64,000 nt of DNA from an uncultured Nitrososphaerota archaeon (GCA_963718895.1 CAVRAG010000007.1:224001-288000), one strand, 5' to 3'. Counted from the stretch's first letter, positions 1 to 10,563 are shown. Numbers and translations: made by a program. The notes: generated from the sequence alone by a model not told the origin.

Positions 1-470
1 GCCGAGAATATCGCGGTCTGTGCGGAGAGCGAGAGGGAGGACATGTCCAGGCTTATCCCGTCTTCCCCGAGCGGGAAGACAGATGAAGGGAGGGGCTGAG
101 AAGAGTTCGTGAAGTAGAGCGCGAAGAAGATCTTCATCCCCTCACCATGCGCCTCGGCGACGAACGAGCTCAGCTGTCCAGGCTGGAAGAGCAGGGAACC
201 CTCCCTGTAGACCTGGAAGAAGATCGTGTTGAACCCCCGCGACTCCGAGAACGAGAGCATCGAGCCGAAGTTCGTCTCGTTTACGGCGCCGTTCCCTTGG
301 TTGACGTAGAGGATTATGGGCTTGGCCGAGGAGTCGGTCTTGCCGGAGGAGCCCGGTCGGAGGAGAAGCGCTCCCGCGACGACTAGAATCACGATGACGA
401 CGGCGACCGGAGCGTAGAGGCGGAGGCTGGTCTGCCGGGACTTCCTCCCTCTCCTGCCGCGGGTGCTAAA
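1..470 (-). CDS. Partial membrane-anchored extracellular protein, possibly glycoside-hydrolase-like; runs off the window edge, start codon not identified
   Basis: Manual translation: basic stretch (TRGRRGRKSRQ), TM helix (LYAPVAVVIVILVVAGALLL), then ...SRGFNTIFFQVY...; open to position 1. Confidence 0.5.
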
Positions 471-2062
471 GGCCGGCCGCCTCCGGGGATCCCGGTCCGG
501 GTGGCGTGCCTGGCGAGGTACCGGCCCTCCTCGACCGGAGGATGATCGACCGCGGCGCCCATAAGCTCTGCTGCGGAACAGACGGCGAGGGTCTCGATAG
601 ATAGCGCGTGACTCTTCCAGACCACGAACACGATGGTGTAGAATGCGGCGGGGAGAGTGAGCAGCAATTCACCCGAACCCACCCCTGCCATGAACCGCAG
701 AGCTGCGCCCTTGCCGCGCTCCGTCAGAGCCTTCAGGACGGCTACCTCGACGACACAGGCTGCAAAGACCGAGACCAGGGCGGTTAGGGGTATCAGCACT
801 CCGCCTCCGAACGTGGACGGCTTGGCGACAAGCACGACGGCCAGGGCGACCGGCACGGGGAGGTAGCTGGCTGTTGAGACCATGACCTTGGAGAGGGTCC
901 TGACCGCCTCGTTCAGCGGGAGCGCGGACCTGCGCTCGATTCCCAGGTCCTCCACGGTGACCAGGAGGAAGGCGATGAAGAGGGAGAAACCTCCTCCGAC
1001 CTGCGTCCCTACCAGGAGCGCGGACATCCTGACGACCGGCGTCGCAGTGAGCGGCACGACGACCGCGATTACCTCGAAGACAGGTAGCGCGAAGAGGAAG
1101 CCCGTCGCGGGGTTGCGCGATGCGACGCGAAGGTCCTTCAGAACATAGGCCGACAGGGGGGATCGCACTGGGAAAGAGTACTCGACGGCCCGTCGGTGCG
1201 GCGCCCCCGCCCTGGCGGGGAGGACGACCCCGTTGATGATCCGCGAGGCGCCCAGGCCGGCGAGGGCCGCGCCCGCGACGGCGGTGGCAAAGCCCGCGAC
1301 GGCGAGCACCGTAGCGAGGGAGCCCAGGGTCTCTCCGGCCAACGAGGCGACGAGCAGACCGGTCGAGAAAGGGAAGATTAGGGAGACGACCGCGCCGAGC
1401 GGGGTGTCTGGATTGGCGAGCAGGGCGTTCAAGGGCGGCGCGACGAACGAGACCAGGCTGAAGAGGAAGACCGCGCTCATCACGCCCAGCCCCCAGAGCA
1501 TGAAGAGGACCGGCCTGAAGAGGCCGCGCAGTCCCGCCAAGCTCCCTCCCTCGAGCCTCCTCTGGAAGACCGAGGTCAGCCATAGGGCCGTTCCTACCGC
1601 AAGGATCGAGGCCGAGGCCATGGTCACGAGAACCAGGAGCGTCGCGGTGGCCGACCCGGTGAAGTATGCGACGGTGAGGGCCTGGGTGAGGAGGCTCAGC
1701 CCGACTATGTAATCCATGGTCCTCCAGAGCGTGAAGGTCGCTACCGTCGACGTCTCACGCGGGGCGAGGGGGAGCTGTGCGAGGGGCCCGAACGACCCGC
1801 TGCTCACGAACGAAGGGAGGACCTGGACGGAGTAGAGGACGATGTAGCCGAAGACGAGAAGGACGCTGAGTGTGACCGCGACCTCGAGGGAGATCGAGGC
1901 CAGACCTAGCCTGTACAGAAAGAACGGGAAGACGGCGCCCCCCATCGTGAACAGCGAGAAGATCAGCTTGTTGACCGTGGCGCCCCGCAGCGCGCTCGCC
2001 ACGGCTCGGGGGGTCCCCGAATCCTTCATCGAGTAGCCCGACCTCAGGAGGGGCCTGTACAC
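466..2062 (-). CDS. Large multi-TM ABC transporter permease; probable indel near 548, true stop likely at 466
   Basis: Many hydrophobic helices; overlaps the ABC ATPase stop; the C-terminus reads better in the 466..672 frame and then avoids overlapping the next gene. Confidence 0.7.
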
Positions 2063-2898
2063 TAGCTCCGTGTAGGAGACCTTGCTGGCCCTCCAAGCCT
2101 CAGCCAGGTCCGTTGGATCTCACCCTCCCTTAGCCTCGCGACCGCCTCGGTGATGAACCCCTCCTCGTTGGTGACCTTGAGGAAGACCTCCTCCAGGGAC
2201 CTGCCCTTGCGGTCCGAGAGGTCCCTGAGCTCCTCCATCGTCCCTTCGGCGACGATCCTCCCCCCGTCGATTATGCCAATCTTCGTGCACATGCTCTCTG
2301 CTACCTCCATCACGTGCGTGGAGAAGATCACGGCCCCGTGCCCCTCGATGTGAAGCAAGACGAGTTCCTTCAGGATCCTGCTGCTCTTCGCGTCGAGCCC
2401 GTTCAGCGGCTCGTCGAGCAGGAGGAGCGGCGGCTCGTGCATCAGGGCGGCTATAACCGAGATCTTCTGCTTCGTCCCGAGCGAGAGAGCGCCCACAGGA
2501 ATGTCCAGGGACGGGCCTATCTCGAAGACCGAGGCGAGACGGGAGACCCTGTCCTGGACCCCCTCGCCGAGCCCCCTCGTCGAGGCCACGAACTCGAAGT
2601 ACTCTCTCGGTGTGAGGGACTCGTAGAGGACCGCGGACTCGGCCACGTAGCCGGTCCGTCGCTTCACCTCGATCCTCTGGGAGACCGGGTCGTACCCCAC
2701 GACGCTGACGGAGCCGCTCGTTGGGGTCTCGAGGCCGCTCAGGATGCGGAGGGTCGTCGTCTTTCCGGCGCCGTTGGGGCCTAGGAGCCCGTAGACCTCA
2801 CCCGGCGAGACCCTGAGGCTCAGTCCCGAGAGGGCGGTGACGGCCCCGTATCTCTTCACGACGTCGGAGGCGTTCACCAGAGGTTGGTCCGGGAGCAA
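2062..2898 (-). CDS. ABC transporter ATP-binding protein (ABC-2 type)
   Basis: Walker A GPNGAGKTT, signature LSLGTKQK, Walker B LLLDEP, H-switch STH. Confidence 0.95.
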   Translation of the reverse strand: MLPDQPLVNASDVVKRYGAVTALSGLSLRVSPGEVYGLLGPNGAGKTTTLRILSGLETPTSGSVSVVGYDPVSQRIEVKRRTGYVAESAVLYESLTPREYFEFVASTRGLGEGVQDRVSRLASVFEIGPSLDIPVGALSLGTKQKISVIAALMHEPPLLLLDEPLNGLDAKSSRILKELVLLHIEGHGAVIFSTHVMEVAESMCTKIGIIDGGRIVAEGTMEELRDLSDRKGRSLEEVFLKVTNEEGFITEAVARLREGEIQRTWLRLGGPARSPTRS

Positions 2899-2954
2899 AC
2901 AGGTTCGGCGCGGACCGGTCGCCTTGGCTATTTATCAATCTCAGCGTCGAGACA

Positions 2955-3428
2955 TCAGGTGTAGTCGCTGTAGTGCGAGGGATACGCCTGTATCAGCTGT
3001 ACGTTCAGCGAAAGGACGTTGACGTACTGGAGCTCGACGTACCGTCCCTGTGGATCGATGTTGTTGTTGACTAGCTGCTGGAGACTTGATACTGGTATCC
3101 CCGTTGCGTTGCTAATGCCGGGGACCTGGGACATGGCGTCCTGCACGGTGATGTCGGGGTCGATTCCTGAGGCCGACTCGTTGAAGGGGCGCTGGTGGAA
3201 GAATATCGGCAGCGTGAAGTTCTGAGCCATCAGGTTCGAGCCGACCGGCTGTCCGTTGAGGTGAACTATCTCGCCGTTTGCCTGGTACGGAAGGATCACC
3301 TGGGCTACCCCCGTTATGAGCAGCGGGAAGAACAGTCCGCAGACGAGCAGCGAGACTATCGCCACGCCGATCACAGGCCGGTACTCGGCCTTCTCTTGTC
3401 CGTCTTTGTTGTCTTTTTTTGTTTCCAA
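2955..3428 (-). CDS. kdpC: K+-transporting ATPase subunit C
   Basis: N-terminal TM, QANG, GSNLMAQNF, SASGIDPDI, VNVLSLN motifs; follows kdpB. Confidence 0.92.
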   Translation of the reverse strand: METKKDNKDGQEKAEYRPVIGVAIVSLLVCGLFFPLLITGVAQVILPYQANGEIVHLNGQPVGSNLMAQNFTLPIFFHQRPFNESASGIDPDITVQDAMSQVPGISNATGIPVSSLQQLVNNNIDPQGRYVELQYVNVLSLNVQLIQAYPSHYSDYT

Positions 3429-3437
3429 CTATCTCAC

Positions 3438-5600
3438 CTATAGCGCCGATATCAGCAGGTCGATCAGCTTGATCCCCACGAACGGGACTATGACCCCTCC
3501 GACTCCGTAGATCAGGATGTTCCGAAGGAAGATGCTCATCGTGCTGGCGGGCTTGAACGTGACCCCGCGCATAGCGAGGGGAATCAGCATCGGGATTATG
3601 GCTGCGTTGAAGATGAGCGCGGAGAGGACGGCGGTGTCCAATCCCAGGTGGAGTATGTTCAGGCCGGTGAGCTCCGGGAGGGTCGCGGCGAAGAGCACGG
3701 GTACTATGGCGAAGTACTTTGCGATGTCGTTGGCGATGCTGAACGCGGTCACGGCGCCCCTCGTCATGAGGAGCTGCTTTCCCAGGAGAACCACGTCGAT
3801 GATCTTCGCGGGGTTGGACTCCAGGTCCACCATGTTCGCCGCCTCCTTCGCGGCCTCTGTTCCCGAGTTCATGGCGAGCCCCACGTCCGCCACCGCCAGC
3901 GCTGGGGCGTCGTTCGTCCCGTCGCCGATCATGGCCACTATCCTCGATTGGGCCTGCTCCCTCTTCACTATCTCGAACTTGTCCTCGGGCTTGGCCCTGG
4001 GGACGAACTCGTCTATGCCTACCTCGGCCGCGATGTTCTTCGCCGTTAGCGGCTGGTCCCCGGTGATCATCACCGGCCTAATCCCCATGGTCTTGACCGC
4101 CTGGATCTTCTCCTTGATCCCCATCTTCAGCACGTCCTTCAGCCTGATGATCCCGAGCATCTCTCCGTTCCTCTCGATGGCGATCGGGGTCTCGCCGGCT
4201 GCCGAGATGCCGTCGGCGACAGTGTCGAACGTGGGCGGTACCGAAGTGACCTTCAGCTTCACGGCGTCAGGCGAACCCTTGATGATCTCCACCTCCGCCT
4301 CGGGGGGGACGTCTCCGGTGCCGACGTCGAAGGTCGAAGACTTCCTCCTGAACCTCGCCCTCTCCGCGCCGCCCTTCGGCAACATGAGGGTCGTGGCCCT
4401 CGATATCTTGACACCGCTCGTTCGGGTGCTGGCCGAGAACTCGTAGGCCTGCGAGAGGGCGAGGGCGTTGAGCTCCCTCGGCACGAAGCCCTTCCCGTAG
4501 GCCAGCCTTATGATGCTCCGGCCCTCGGGAGTGTCGTCAGCCCAGGAGGAAAGGAAGGCCGACTCGCCTACCTCTCTCTCCGTGTGCCCTTCAAAGGGGA
4601 CGAACTGGATTGCTTCCCGGTTCCCCACGGTGATCGTCCCCGTCTTGTCGAGCAGGATGACGTCGGCGTCTCCAGCGGTCTCTATGGCCCTGCCGGACTT
4701 TGCGACGATCTTCCTCTCGTAGAGCCTAGAGATCCCCGAGAGGCCTATGGCAGGCAGGAGCGCCCCGATGGTGGTCGGCAGGAGGCAGACATAGAGCGCG
4801 ATCAGGACCGAGAGGTCCGCCCCTAGGCCGAGCGTGACCGAGAGTCCGAGAAGGGCGACGATGATGATGCTGAATATGGCGGTCAGGCCGATGAGGACCA
4901 TCGTGACCGCCTGCTCGTTAGGCGTCTTCGGCCTCTTGGAGGACTCGACCAGCCTTATCATCTGGTTCAGGTAGCTCTCGCCGGGATTCGCCGCGACTCT
5001 GGCCGTGAGGGTGTCGCTCACAACCACGGATCCGCCGATGAGTGCGTCGCCGGGCGCCTTCCTGACTGGGGCGGATTCGCCGGTGAGCAGGGATTCGTCC
5101 ACCATGGCTATGCCTTCGAGCACCTCTGCGTCGATCGGGACGAGGTCGTTCTTCTCGAGGAGGATCAGCTCGCCCTTCAGGAGCTTGGCTGAGGGCGTCG
5201 GGATTATCTCCCTCGACCAGCCCTGGGTCACGACCTTCTTGCTGATGACCTGCGTCTCGAGCTTCCGTAGGCTGCTCGCAGTGTTCTTCGCCTGCTGCTC
5301 GGCGAGCGCGTCGGAGAGGGTGCTAAACCAGACGGTGATGAGCAGGATCGCGGCGACCTCGACGTAGAAGAGCCGTTCGCCGATGCTCGCAACGTCTACG
5401 AAGCCCTGTGGGTAGATGGCCATCGCGGCGACTATGAAGAAGGTGATCTCGACAATCAGCATCACGGGGTTCGCGACGAGGGAGACCGGGCTGAGACGGA
5501 CCAGGGAGTCGAGCAGAAGCTTGCCCGAGAGGACGCCCGGACCTCGGCGGGGCGGCTCTCCCCCCGGTTTCTGTTCCAACTTGGGTGTCTCTTTGTCCAA
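3438..5600 (-). CDS. kdpB: K+-transporting P-type ATPase subunit B
   Basis: TGES, CLLPTTIG, DKTGT, GDGTND, GKQLLMTRGA motifs. Confidence 0.97.
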   Translation of the reverse strand: MDKETPKLEQKPGGEPPRRGPGVLSGKLLLDSLVRLSPVSLVANPVMLIVEITFFIVAAMAIYPQGFVDVASIGERLFYVEVAAILLITVWFSTLSDALAEQQAKNTASSLRKLETQVISKKVVTQGWSREIIPTPSAKLLKGELILLEKNDLVPIDAEVLEGIAMVDESLLTGESAPVRKAPGDALIGGSVVVSDTLTARVAANPGESYLNQMIRLVESSKRPKTPNEQAVTMVLIGLTAIFSIIIVALLGLSVTLGLGADLSVLIALYVCLLPTTIGALLPAIGLSGISRLYERKIVAKSGRAIETAGDADVILLDKTGTITVGNREAIQFVPFEGHTEREVGESAFLSSWADDTPEGRSIIRLAYGKGFVPRELNALALSQAYEFSASTRTSGVKISRATTLMLPKGGAERARFRRKSSTFDVGTGDVPPEAEVEIIKGSPDAVKLKVTSVPPTFDTVADGISAAGETPIAIERNGEMLGIIRLKDVLKMGIKEKIQAVKTMGIRPVMITGDQPLTAKNIAAEVGIDEFVPRAKPEDKFEIVKREQAQSRIVAMIGDGTNDAPALAVADVGLAMNSGTEAAKEAANMVDLESNPAKIIDVVLLGKQLLMTRGAVTAFSIANDIAKYFAIVPVLFAATLPELTGLNILHLGLDTAVLSALIFNAAIIPMLIPLAMRGVTFKPASTMSIFLRNILIYGVGGVIVPFVGIKLIDLLISAL

Positions 5601-5605
5601 TTATC

Positions 5606-7258
5606 TCATGCTCCCTGGAAGTAGGAGAGGATCGGTCCGAGCGCCAGGAACGGGAAGAACGTAAGCACCACAAGTATGAGGATGCTCGCGACGAGGACCA
5701 CGGTGAAGATCATGCTGTCGGTCTTGAGACCGACCTCCTCTCCTCTCTTCCTGCCCATCATCGAGCCGGAGAGGGCCACGAGGATCCCGATGGGGGCGTA
5801 CCGGCCCAGGAACATCACGATCGCGGTGGAGACGTTGAAGAAGACCGTGTTCGCGGACGCGCCGAGGAAGTCGGATCCGTTGTTTGCCGCTGCGGTCGTG
5901 AACTCATAGAATATCTGCGTGAAACCTGACGCGCTCGTCCCGACGCCTATGGCGGAAGCGGCTCCAGAGGCATAAGCTAGGACAGTGGGCACGAGGATTA
6001 TCAGGGGATGAATGAGGAATGCCACCATGACTAGCTTTACGTCTCTCGAGGTTATCTTGATCCCGAGGTATTCGGGCGTCCGGCCGGACATCAGCCCCAC
6101 GATGAAGACAGTGATGATGATGTACATCACCATGTACATCAAGCCTACCCCTTTTCCTCCTGGTGTGGACTGGATGAACATCCCCATGAAAGCAGACAGG
6201 ATTACCAGTGCATGCTGCCCCGAAAGGGCGGAGTTGACTGAGCCCGTGGTTACGGCGGTCGTGACGACCGTCCAGAAGGCAGAGAAGAAACCCCCGAACC
6301 GGGTCTCAATGCCCGGGCCCAGTACGGTGTTGGGGATGAACGCTATCCCTAGGTCGATCGCGAAGAGGATGTAAGCTCCGATGAGTATCGGTCTGGTCTC
6401 ACGTCTCTTCCCTAGCATCTGTCCGTAGACGAAGCAGAGGGTCGTCGGCAGGAGCAGCATCAGGAATATCTCGAAGATGTCTGTCGCGGGGCTCGGGTTC
6501 TGGAACGGGTTGGCAGAGTTGGCGCCGTAGTACCCTCCACCGTTGGTGCCGAGCTGCATGATGGAGACCAAGGAGGCTACGGGGCCGATTCGGATGACTT
6601 GGGTAACTCCAGACGCAAGTCCCTCTACAGTCACTGAGTTCACATAGCCGCCTATGGTCTGGGGAATGCCCAACCAGACCAGGATGATAGCGGCTACTAG
6701 GCACAGCGGGATCAGCAAACGGGTGATGGTTCTGACAAAGTCGACGTAGAAATTTCCCATGTCCTTCGCTCCGCCCGTCAGACCTCTGGCGAACGCCACC
6801 GCGACGCAGATGCCCGTCGCAGCCGACGTGAATTGCAGGAACTGGATGGCAGACATCTGGCTGAAATACGAGAGCGCATACTCTCCACTGTAGTGCTGGA
6901 GGTTGGTGTTAGTGGCCATGGATACGACTGTGTTGAGCGCCAGGCTCCATGAGAGACCGGAGAAGTGCTGAGGGTTCAGTGGGAGCATGTTCTGATATGT
7001 CAGAATCACAAAACCGATGGCCATCTGCACGATGTTGACGAGCAGGGCAGCGAAGAAGTACTCCTTCCAACCCATCCGGTGGCTTGAGTTCACTCCGACG
7101 ACGCGGTAGATTCCGTTCTCGATCGGGTTGAGGAGCCTGTCGAGACGACCTGGGGCCCTAGAGAATACCCGGACGACGTAGGGAGCGAGGAGCCAGCCTG
7201 CCAGGATGGCCGACCCGAGGATGCCTATGACGTAGAGTAGGTCTGTGGCGTCTATCAA
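5606..7258 (-). CDS. kdpA: K+-transporting ATPase subunit A
   Basis: TNTNLQHY, LGTNGGG, TTGSVN, GRTPEYLG, AANNGS motifs. Confidence 0.96.
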   Translation of the reverse strand: MIDATDLLYVIGILGSAILAGWLLAPYVVRVFSRAPGRLDRLLNPIENGIYRVVGVNSSHRMGWKEYFFAALLVNIVQMAIGFVILTYQNMLPLNPQHFSGLSWSLALNTVVSMATNTNLQHYSGEYALSYFSQMSAIQFLQFTSAATGICVAVAFARGLTGGAKDMGNFYVDFVRTITRLLIPLCLVAAIILVWLGIPQTIGGYVNSVTVEGLASGVTQVIRIGPVASLVSIMQLGTNGGGYYGANSANPFQNPSPATDIFEIFLMLLLPTTLCFVYGQMLGKRRETRPILIGAYILFAIDLGIAFIPNTVLGPGIETRFGGFFSAFWTVVTTAVTTGSVNSALSGQHALVILSAFMGMFIQSTPGGKGVGLMYMVMYIIITVFIVGLMSGRTPEYLGIKITSRDVKLVMVAFLIHPLIILVPTVLAYASGAASAIGVGTSASGFTQIFYEFTTAAANNGSDFLGASANTVFFNVSTAIVMFLGRYAPIGILVALSGSMMGRKRGEEVGLKTDSMIFTVVLVASILILVVLTFFPFLALGPILSYFQGA

Positions 7259-7322
7259 TTATCCCAAGTTTCTCTTCGTCTATGGTCTCCGTCACCAAGA
7301 TTGTTTGTGAGAATCAGAAAAA

Positions 7323-7619
7323 CTACTGGCGGGGCGCTGTCTTGACCTTCTGCAGCTCCTCGTCACACCTCGGACCCTTGTGCGACTTCAGCACTATCGA
7401 GCTGACGGTGCTCTTGACACCCTTTATCTTCATGATCTTGTTCTTGAGGACCTCCCTGAACTCCTCTATGTCCGAAGCGGAGAGGAGTGTGACGATGTCA
7501 TACTCCCCGGTGACCTCATAGAGCTCTTCTAGGTGGTCGAGCTTCTTGAGGGAAGCCACTACGTCGTCCATGAGGGCTGATTCTACGAAGATGTCAACGA
7601 AGGCTAGTAGTCCGGGCAT
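7323..7619 (-). CDS. Stand-alone Lrp/AsnC ligand-binding (RAM) domain protein
   Basis: ELYEVTGEYDIV...GVKSTVSSIVL pattern; no HTH domain. Confidence 0.88.
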   Translation of the reverse strand: MPGLLAFVDIFVESALMDDVVASLKKLDHLEELYEVTGEYDIVTLLSASDIEEFREVLKNKIMKIKGVKSTVSSIVLKSHKGPRCDEELQKVKTAPRQ

Positions 7620-7794
7620 ATCATTTCATCGGAGTTCGACCATCGTCGAAGATGGTGATATAAGAGTTGCCCCCGTCGACAGCCACCTTATCGCGGGATT
7701 CGACTCCGGAGCAACATTCCAGACCGCCCGCGACCGTCCCGGATGACGCAGAGCCGTCTTCGGGAGCGAAAGTCCTGGAGAGACCTGAAACGGG

Positions 7795-8226
7795 CTATTC
7801 CTGCCTCAGGTATATGGCGAAGCACACCGCTGTCATCAGGTAGTTCAAGGTGTAGAGGCTGATGCAGACGGGACAGAGGGCGTGGATCTTGACCAGCTCA
7901 AGGTACCAGAGGTACAGCGTGAAGATGTTGCCGACCATCAGGAGGGGGATCATGACCTCAACCCGGAGGGAGCCCCGCTTCCTCACGAACCAGTATCCCA
8001 ACAAGAGCATCAGGGGGAACCAGACCAGCCCGTAGATGTAGAGCGAGACGCCGAGGAATTTGGTGTAGCCGCTGTTGAAAACGTTGCCGCAGGACCAGAA
8101 GCTGTTGAGGTTGCATATCGTCGAGCCGGGAGCGGAGTAGTTCGTGATCTCGTCGTATCCGTGGTAGATAGCGACAGGAATCCCGACGGCCGCGAGCGCT
8201 ACAAATGACTTGCTGAGCCTGTCCAT
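7795..8226 (-). CDS. Vitamin K epoxide reductase (VKOR) family protein
   Basis: Loop Cys pair (CNLNSFWSC), VFNSGY, active-site CPVC, about 4 TM helices; ATG at 8226. Confidence 0.92.
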   Translation of the reverse strand: MDRLSKSFVALAAVGIPVAIYHGYDEITNYSAPGSTICNLNSFWSCGNVFNSGYTKFLGVSLYIYGLVWFPLMLLLGYWFVRKRGSLRVEVMIPLLMVGNIFTLYLWYLELVKIHALCPVCISLYTLNYLMTAVCFAIYLRQE

Positions 8227-9122
8227 CGGGCTTCTTCTCGGACTTGAGTGAGGAGGAGCAAGCTCGCCTGGGCGGCCGGACCCGGCGTCGTAGAGAAGGC
8301 GAGGGTCACCGTGGCGTAGGACTGGGTGCACACCGAAGCGGGCTGGGCCCCGTCGACCTTGCAGATCGCGGTGATCAGCGTGTTGGCCGCACCGTCAATG
8401 AACTGGGCGGTCGTGCTGCCAGAGGTGTTGAGGACGGATGCCACCTGAGTCCAGTTCTGTCCTGAGACGTCCAGCGTCGACTGGGCGCCGCAGTTGACCG
8501 CGTACTGGTTTGCGATGTCGACGAATGGGATGCCACCGCCGGACGACGCCCCTGGGCAGGTGTCATAGCTCGAGATCAGGCTCGACTGCTCTGAGTTCAG
8601 GGTCGTGATGGTGCTCGTGTCCCTGTTGAACTCCTCTATCCCGACGAAGGCGATGTATTGGCTCGTGTAGCTGGCGCTACTGAACGTGAAGGTCGGGGTG
8701 TTGGGGTTTTGGTCGGTCGACGAGGATAGCATGTACTCTAGACCGCTGAAGTTTCCGAACCGGGAAAGTGCTATTATCAGACTCCATCGCTCCACCGCGC
8801 AGTAGGGGCAGTAATCGCCCCCGATGTAGACCACCTCAGGCTTGCCGCCGACGGACAGTGCCGGGCCGGAGATTGCGCTGGGCGTGATCACGCCGCTCGG
8901 CTTACCGATTGTCGAGAGCGTGGAGTCGCTCACCCCGCTCATAGCCTGGAGGACGGATGAAGAGACAGGCTTTCCGATGGAGCCGCAGTATGGACCGCAG
9001 CCCGAAGAGAGGTCGACGATCAGGGTCAGGATCACGATTCCGGCGATGATCGCGACCACTATCGCTATAGTGATGATTCGTCGGTTCCTCTTCTTGGTGT
9101 TGAGCGTCGCGCGCCTGCCCAT
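8199..9122 (-). CDS. DUF929-type membrane-anchored thioredoxin-fold protein
   Basis: N-terminal TM; [15 protein letters not shown]; GIPFVD; overlaps the VKOR start. Confidence 0.88.
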   Translation of the reverse strand: MGRRATLNTKKRNRRIITIAIVVAIIAGIVILTLIVDLSSGCGPYCGSIGKPVSSSVLQAMSGVSDSTLSTIGKPSGVITPSAISGPALSVGGKPEVVYIGGDYCPYCAVERWSLIIALSRFGNFSGLEYMLSSSTDQNPNTPTFTFSSASYTSQYIAFVGIEEFNRDTSTITTLNSEQSSLISSYDTCPGASSGGGIPFVDIANQYAVNCGAQSTLDVSGQNWTQVASVLNTSGSTTAQFIDGAANTLITAICKVDGAQPASVCTQSYATVTLAFSTTPGPAAQASLLLLTQVREEARWTGSASHL

Positions 9123-9170
9123 TGTGGAACCCTCATGCGCCCCGCGCAGGGTGGATAAAACGGTTTGGCA

Positions 9171-9677
9171 TCAAAAGTCCCACAGGTCGATGAAACTGTC
9201 CGCCGCGACCGTCAGCAGGTTCCTCTCGAAGATGGCCAGGGCATCACCCACCCGAGCCGGGTCGCGTACTTCGTAGACCGTGCCGTCGAGCGTTATCGTC
9301 TTGCTCACAAGTTCGGCGTGGCAGAGAAGCTCCGTGTGCTCGCTCACGGTCGACTTCGGCAGCCCGGTCGTCGCCGAGATTTCCCCGTTCGCCAGGCGAC
9401 CCCCGCTCACCAGCGCCCGAAGGACGTGCCGCGTGGTCTTGTTGTGGAGGACGGAGTAGAGCCCCCTGGCCCGGCCGTCGAACCCCGCGGGGAAGAGCCT
9501 GGAGTATCCGCCCTCCTTCCAGCAGATGACCTCGCCGGCGCGCTCGAGGTTGTAGACGTGATACCTCGTAGTGTTGAACGACGCGTTCAGGAGCCTCTGC
9601 AGCTGTCTCAGGTGCACTCCGGGGAAGAGTAAGACGAGCTCCTTCGCTCTGAGCCTGTTGATGTTCTCCGCGCTCAC
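9171..9677 (-). CDS. Double winged-helix transcriptional regulator
   Basis: PGVHLRQLQRLL...TTRYHVYNLE and EISATTGLPKSTVSEH HTH motifs. Confidence 0.85.
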   Translation of the reverse strand: MSAENINRLRAKELVLLFPGVHLRQLQRLLNASFNTTRYHVYNLERAGEVICWKEGGYSRLFPAGFDGRARGLYSVLHNKTTRHVLRALVSGGRLANGEISATTGLPKSTVSEHTELLCHAELVSKTITLDGTVYEVRDPARVGDALAIFERNLLTVAADSFIDLWDF

Positions 9678-9988
9678 ACGTTCAACCCCCTTGCCGGGAC
9701 GATGAGCGCCAGGGCGAAGCTCACCATCATCAGCAGCTCCAGAAAGTGAACGAGGTGGAGGTCCACGTATGGAATGAGTATCAGGAATCCGCCTGTGTAC
9801 AACTCCTGGTAGAGCGTAACGACCTGGTCCGCACAGAGAAGGCCGAACGCGAGCATCAGGAAGAGATACCTGTGCCCGTGCCTCCTCACGAAGGCCCCCA
9901 CGGAGACGACGAAGAGGCCCACAGAGAAGACGACGAGGGCCATGTGGAGTATGTCGTTTGGATCTGAGGTCGTCGGCGAGAGGAGCAT
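9674..9988 (-). CDS. Small 3-TM membrane protein coupled to the wHTH regulator
   Basis: Three hydrophobic helices; 4-bp overlap with the regulator. Confidence 0.7.
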   Translation of the reverse strand: MLLSPTTSDPNDILHMALVVFSVGLFVVSVGAFVRRHGHRYLFLMLAFGLLCADQVVTLYQELYTGGFLILIPYVDLHLVHFLELLMMVSFALALIVPARGLNV

Positions 9989-10090
9989 GAACTATCGGTG
10001 CCCGGGATATAACCTACGTTCTATGATTTAAGAGTCGCGTGCGTTCGCACGTTGAGCCACAGAGGACCCACTGGTCCTAGGACGGAAGAC

Positions 10091-10552
10091 CTATGGAGTG
10101 ACGCGCAGCTCCCCATACTGCATGTAGATATGGATGGGACAGGGGATCGAGCAGTAGATCAGGAAGTTCCCTGACTTGTCCGCGACGAAGGCTGGGACGT
10201 GGAGCACCTCTCCGGGTTGGATTGTTACGACGGTGCTCTGGTAGTAGTTCGAGATCTGGAACCCGTGGGCGAAGTTGGCCGTGTTGCAGATGGTTATGTT
10301 GACGGTGCTCCCCTGGGTCACGTCGAGGACGGGCCATGAGCCCGTCCCGTAGTGGAGCTCGCTGTCGTTGTAGCCCAGGTTGGAGGCGACAATGAGGAAC
10401 CCGTCCGCGCCCGAAGGTTTGAAACACCCGGGTGGGAGTGGCTGGCTGCCCGTGCCTCTGCCGAGGCCGAGTTCGTACAGCGGGATGGTGAGGAGTATGG
10501 CGGCGACTATGACAATCCCAATTAGGACGAACAGTCGACGCCTCGGATTCAT
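10091..10552 (-). CDS. Membrane-anchored cupredoxin-domain protein with a CuA-like ligand loop
   Basis: N-terminal TM; AHGF and YCSIPCPIHIYM. Confidence 0.8.
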   Translation of the reverse strand: MNPRRRLFVLIGIVIVAAILLTIPLYELGLGRGTGSQPLPPGCFKPSGADGFLIVASNLGYNDSELHYGTGSWPVLDVTQGSTVNITICNTANFAHGFQISNYYQSTVVTIQPGEVLHVPAFVADKSGNFLIYCSIPCPIHIYMQYGELRVTP

Positions 10553-10563
10553 AGGTCCCCGAC

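Noticed and set aside
7620-7795. c-di-AMP (ydaO) riboswitch upstream of kdp
   Set aside because: Conserved GCUGAAUC, GGGGUGAAU and CCCGUCAGCUAAC elements absent
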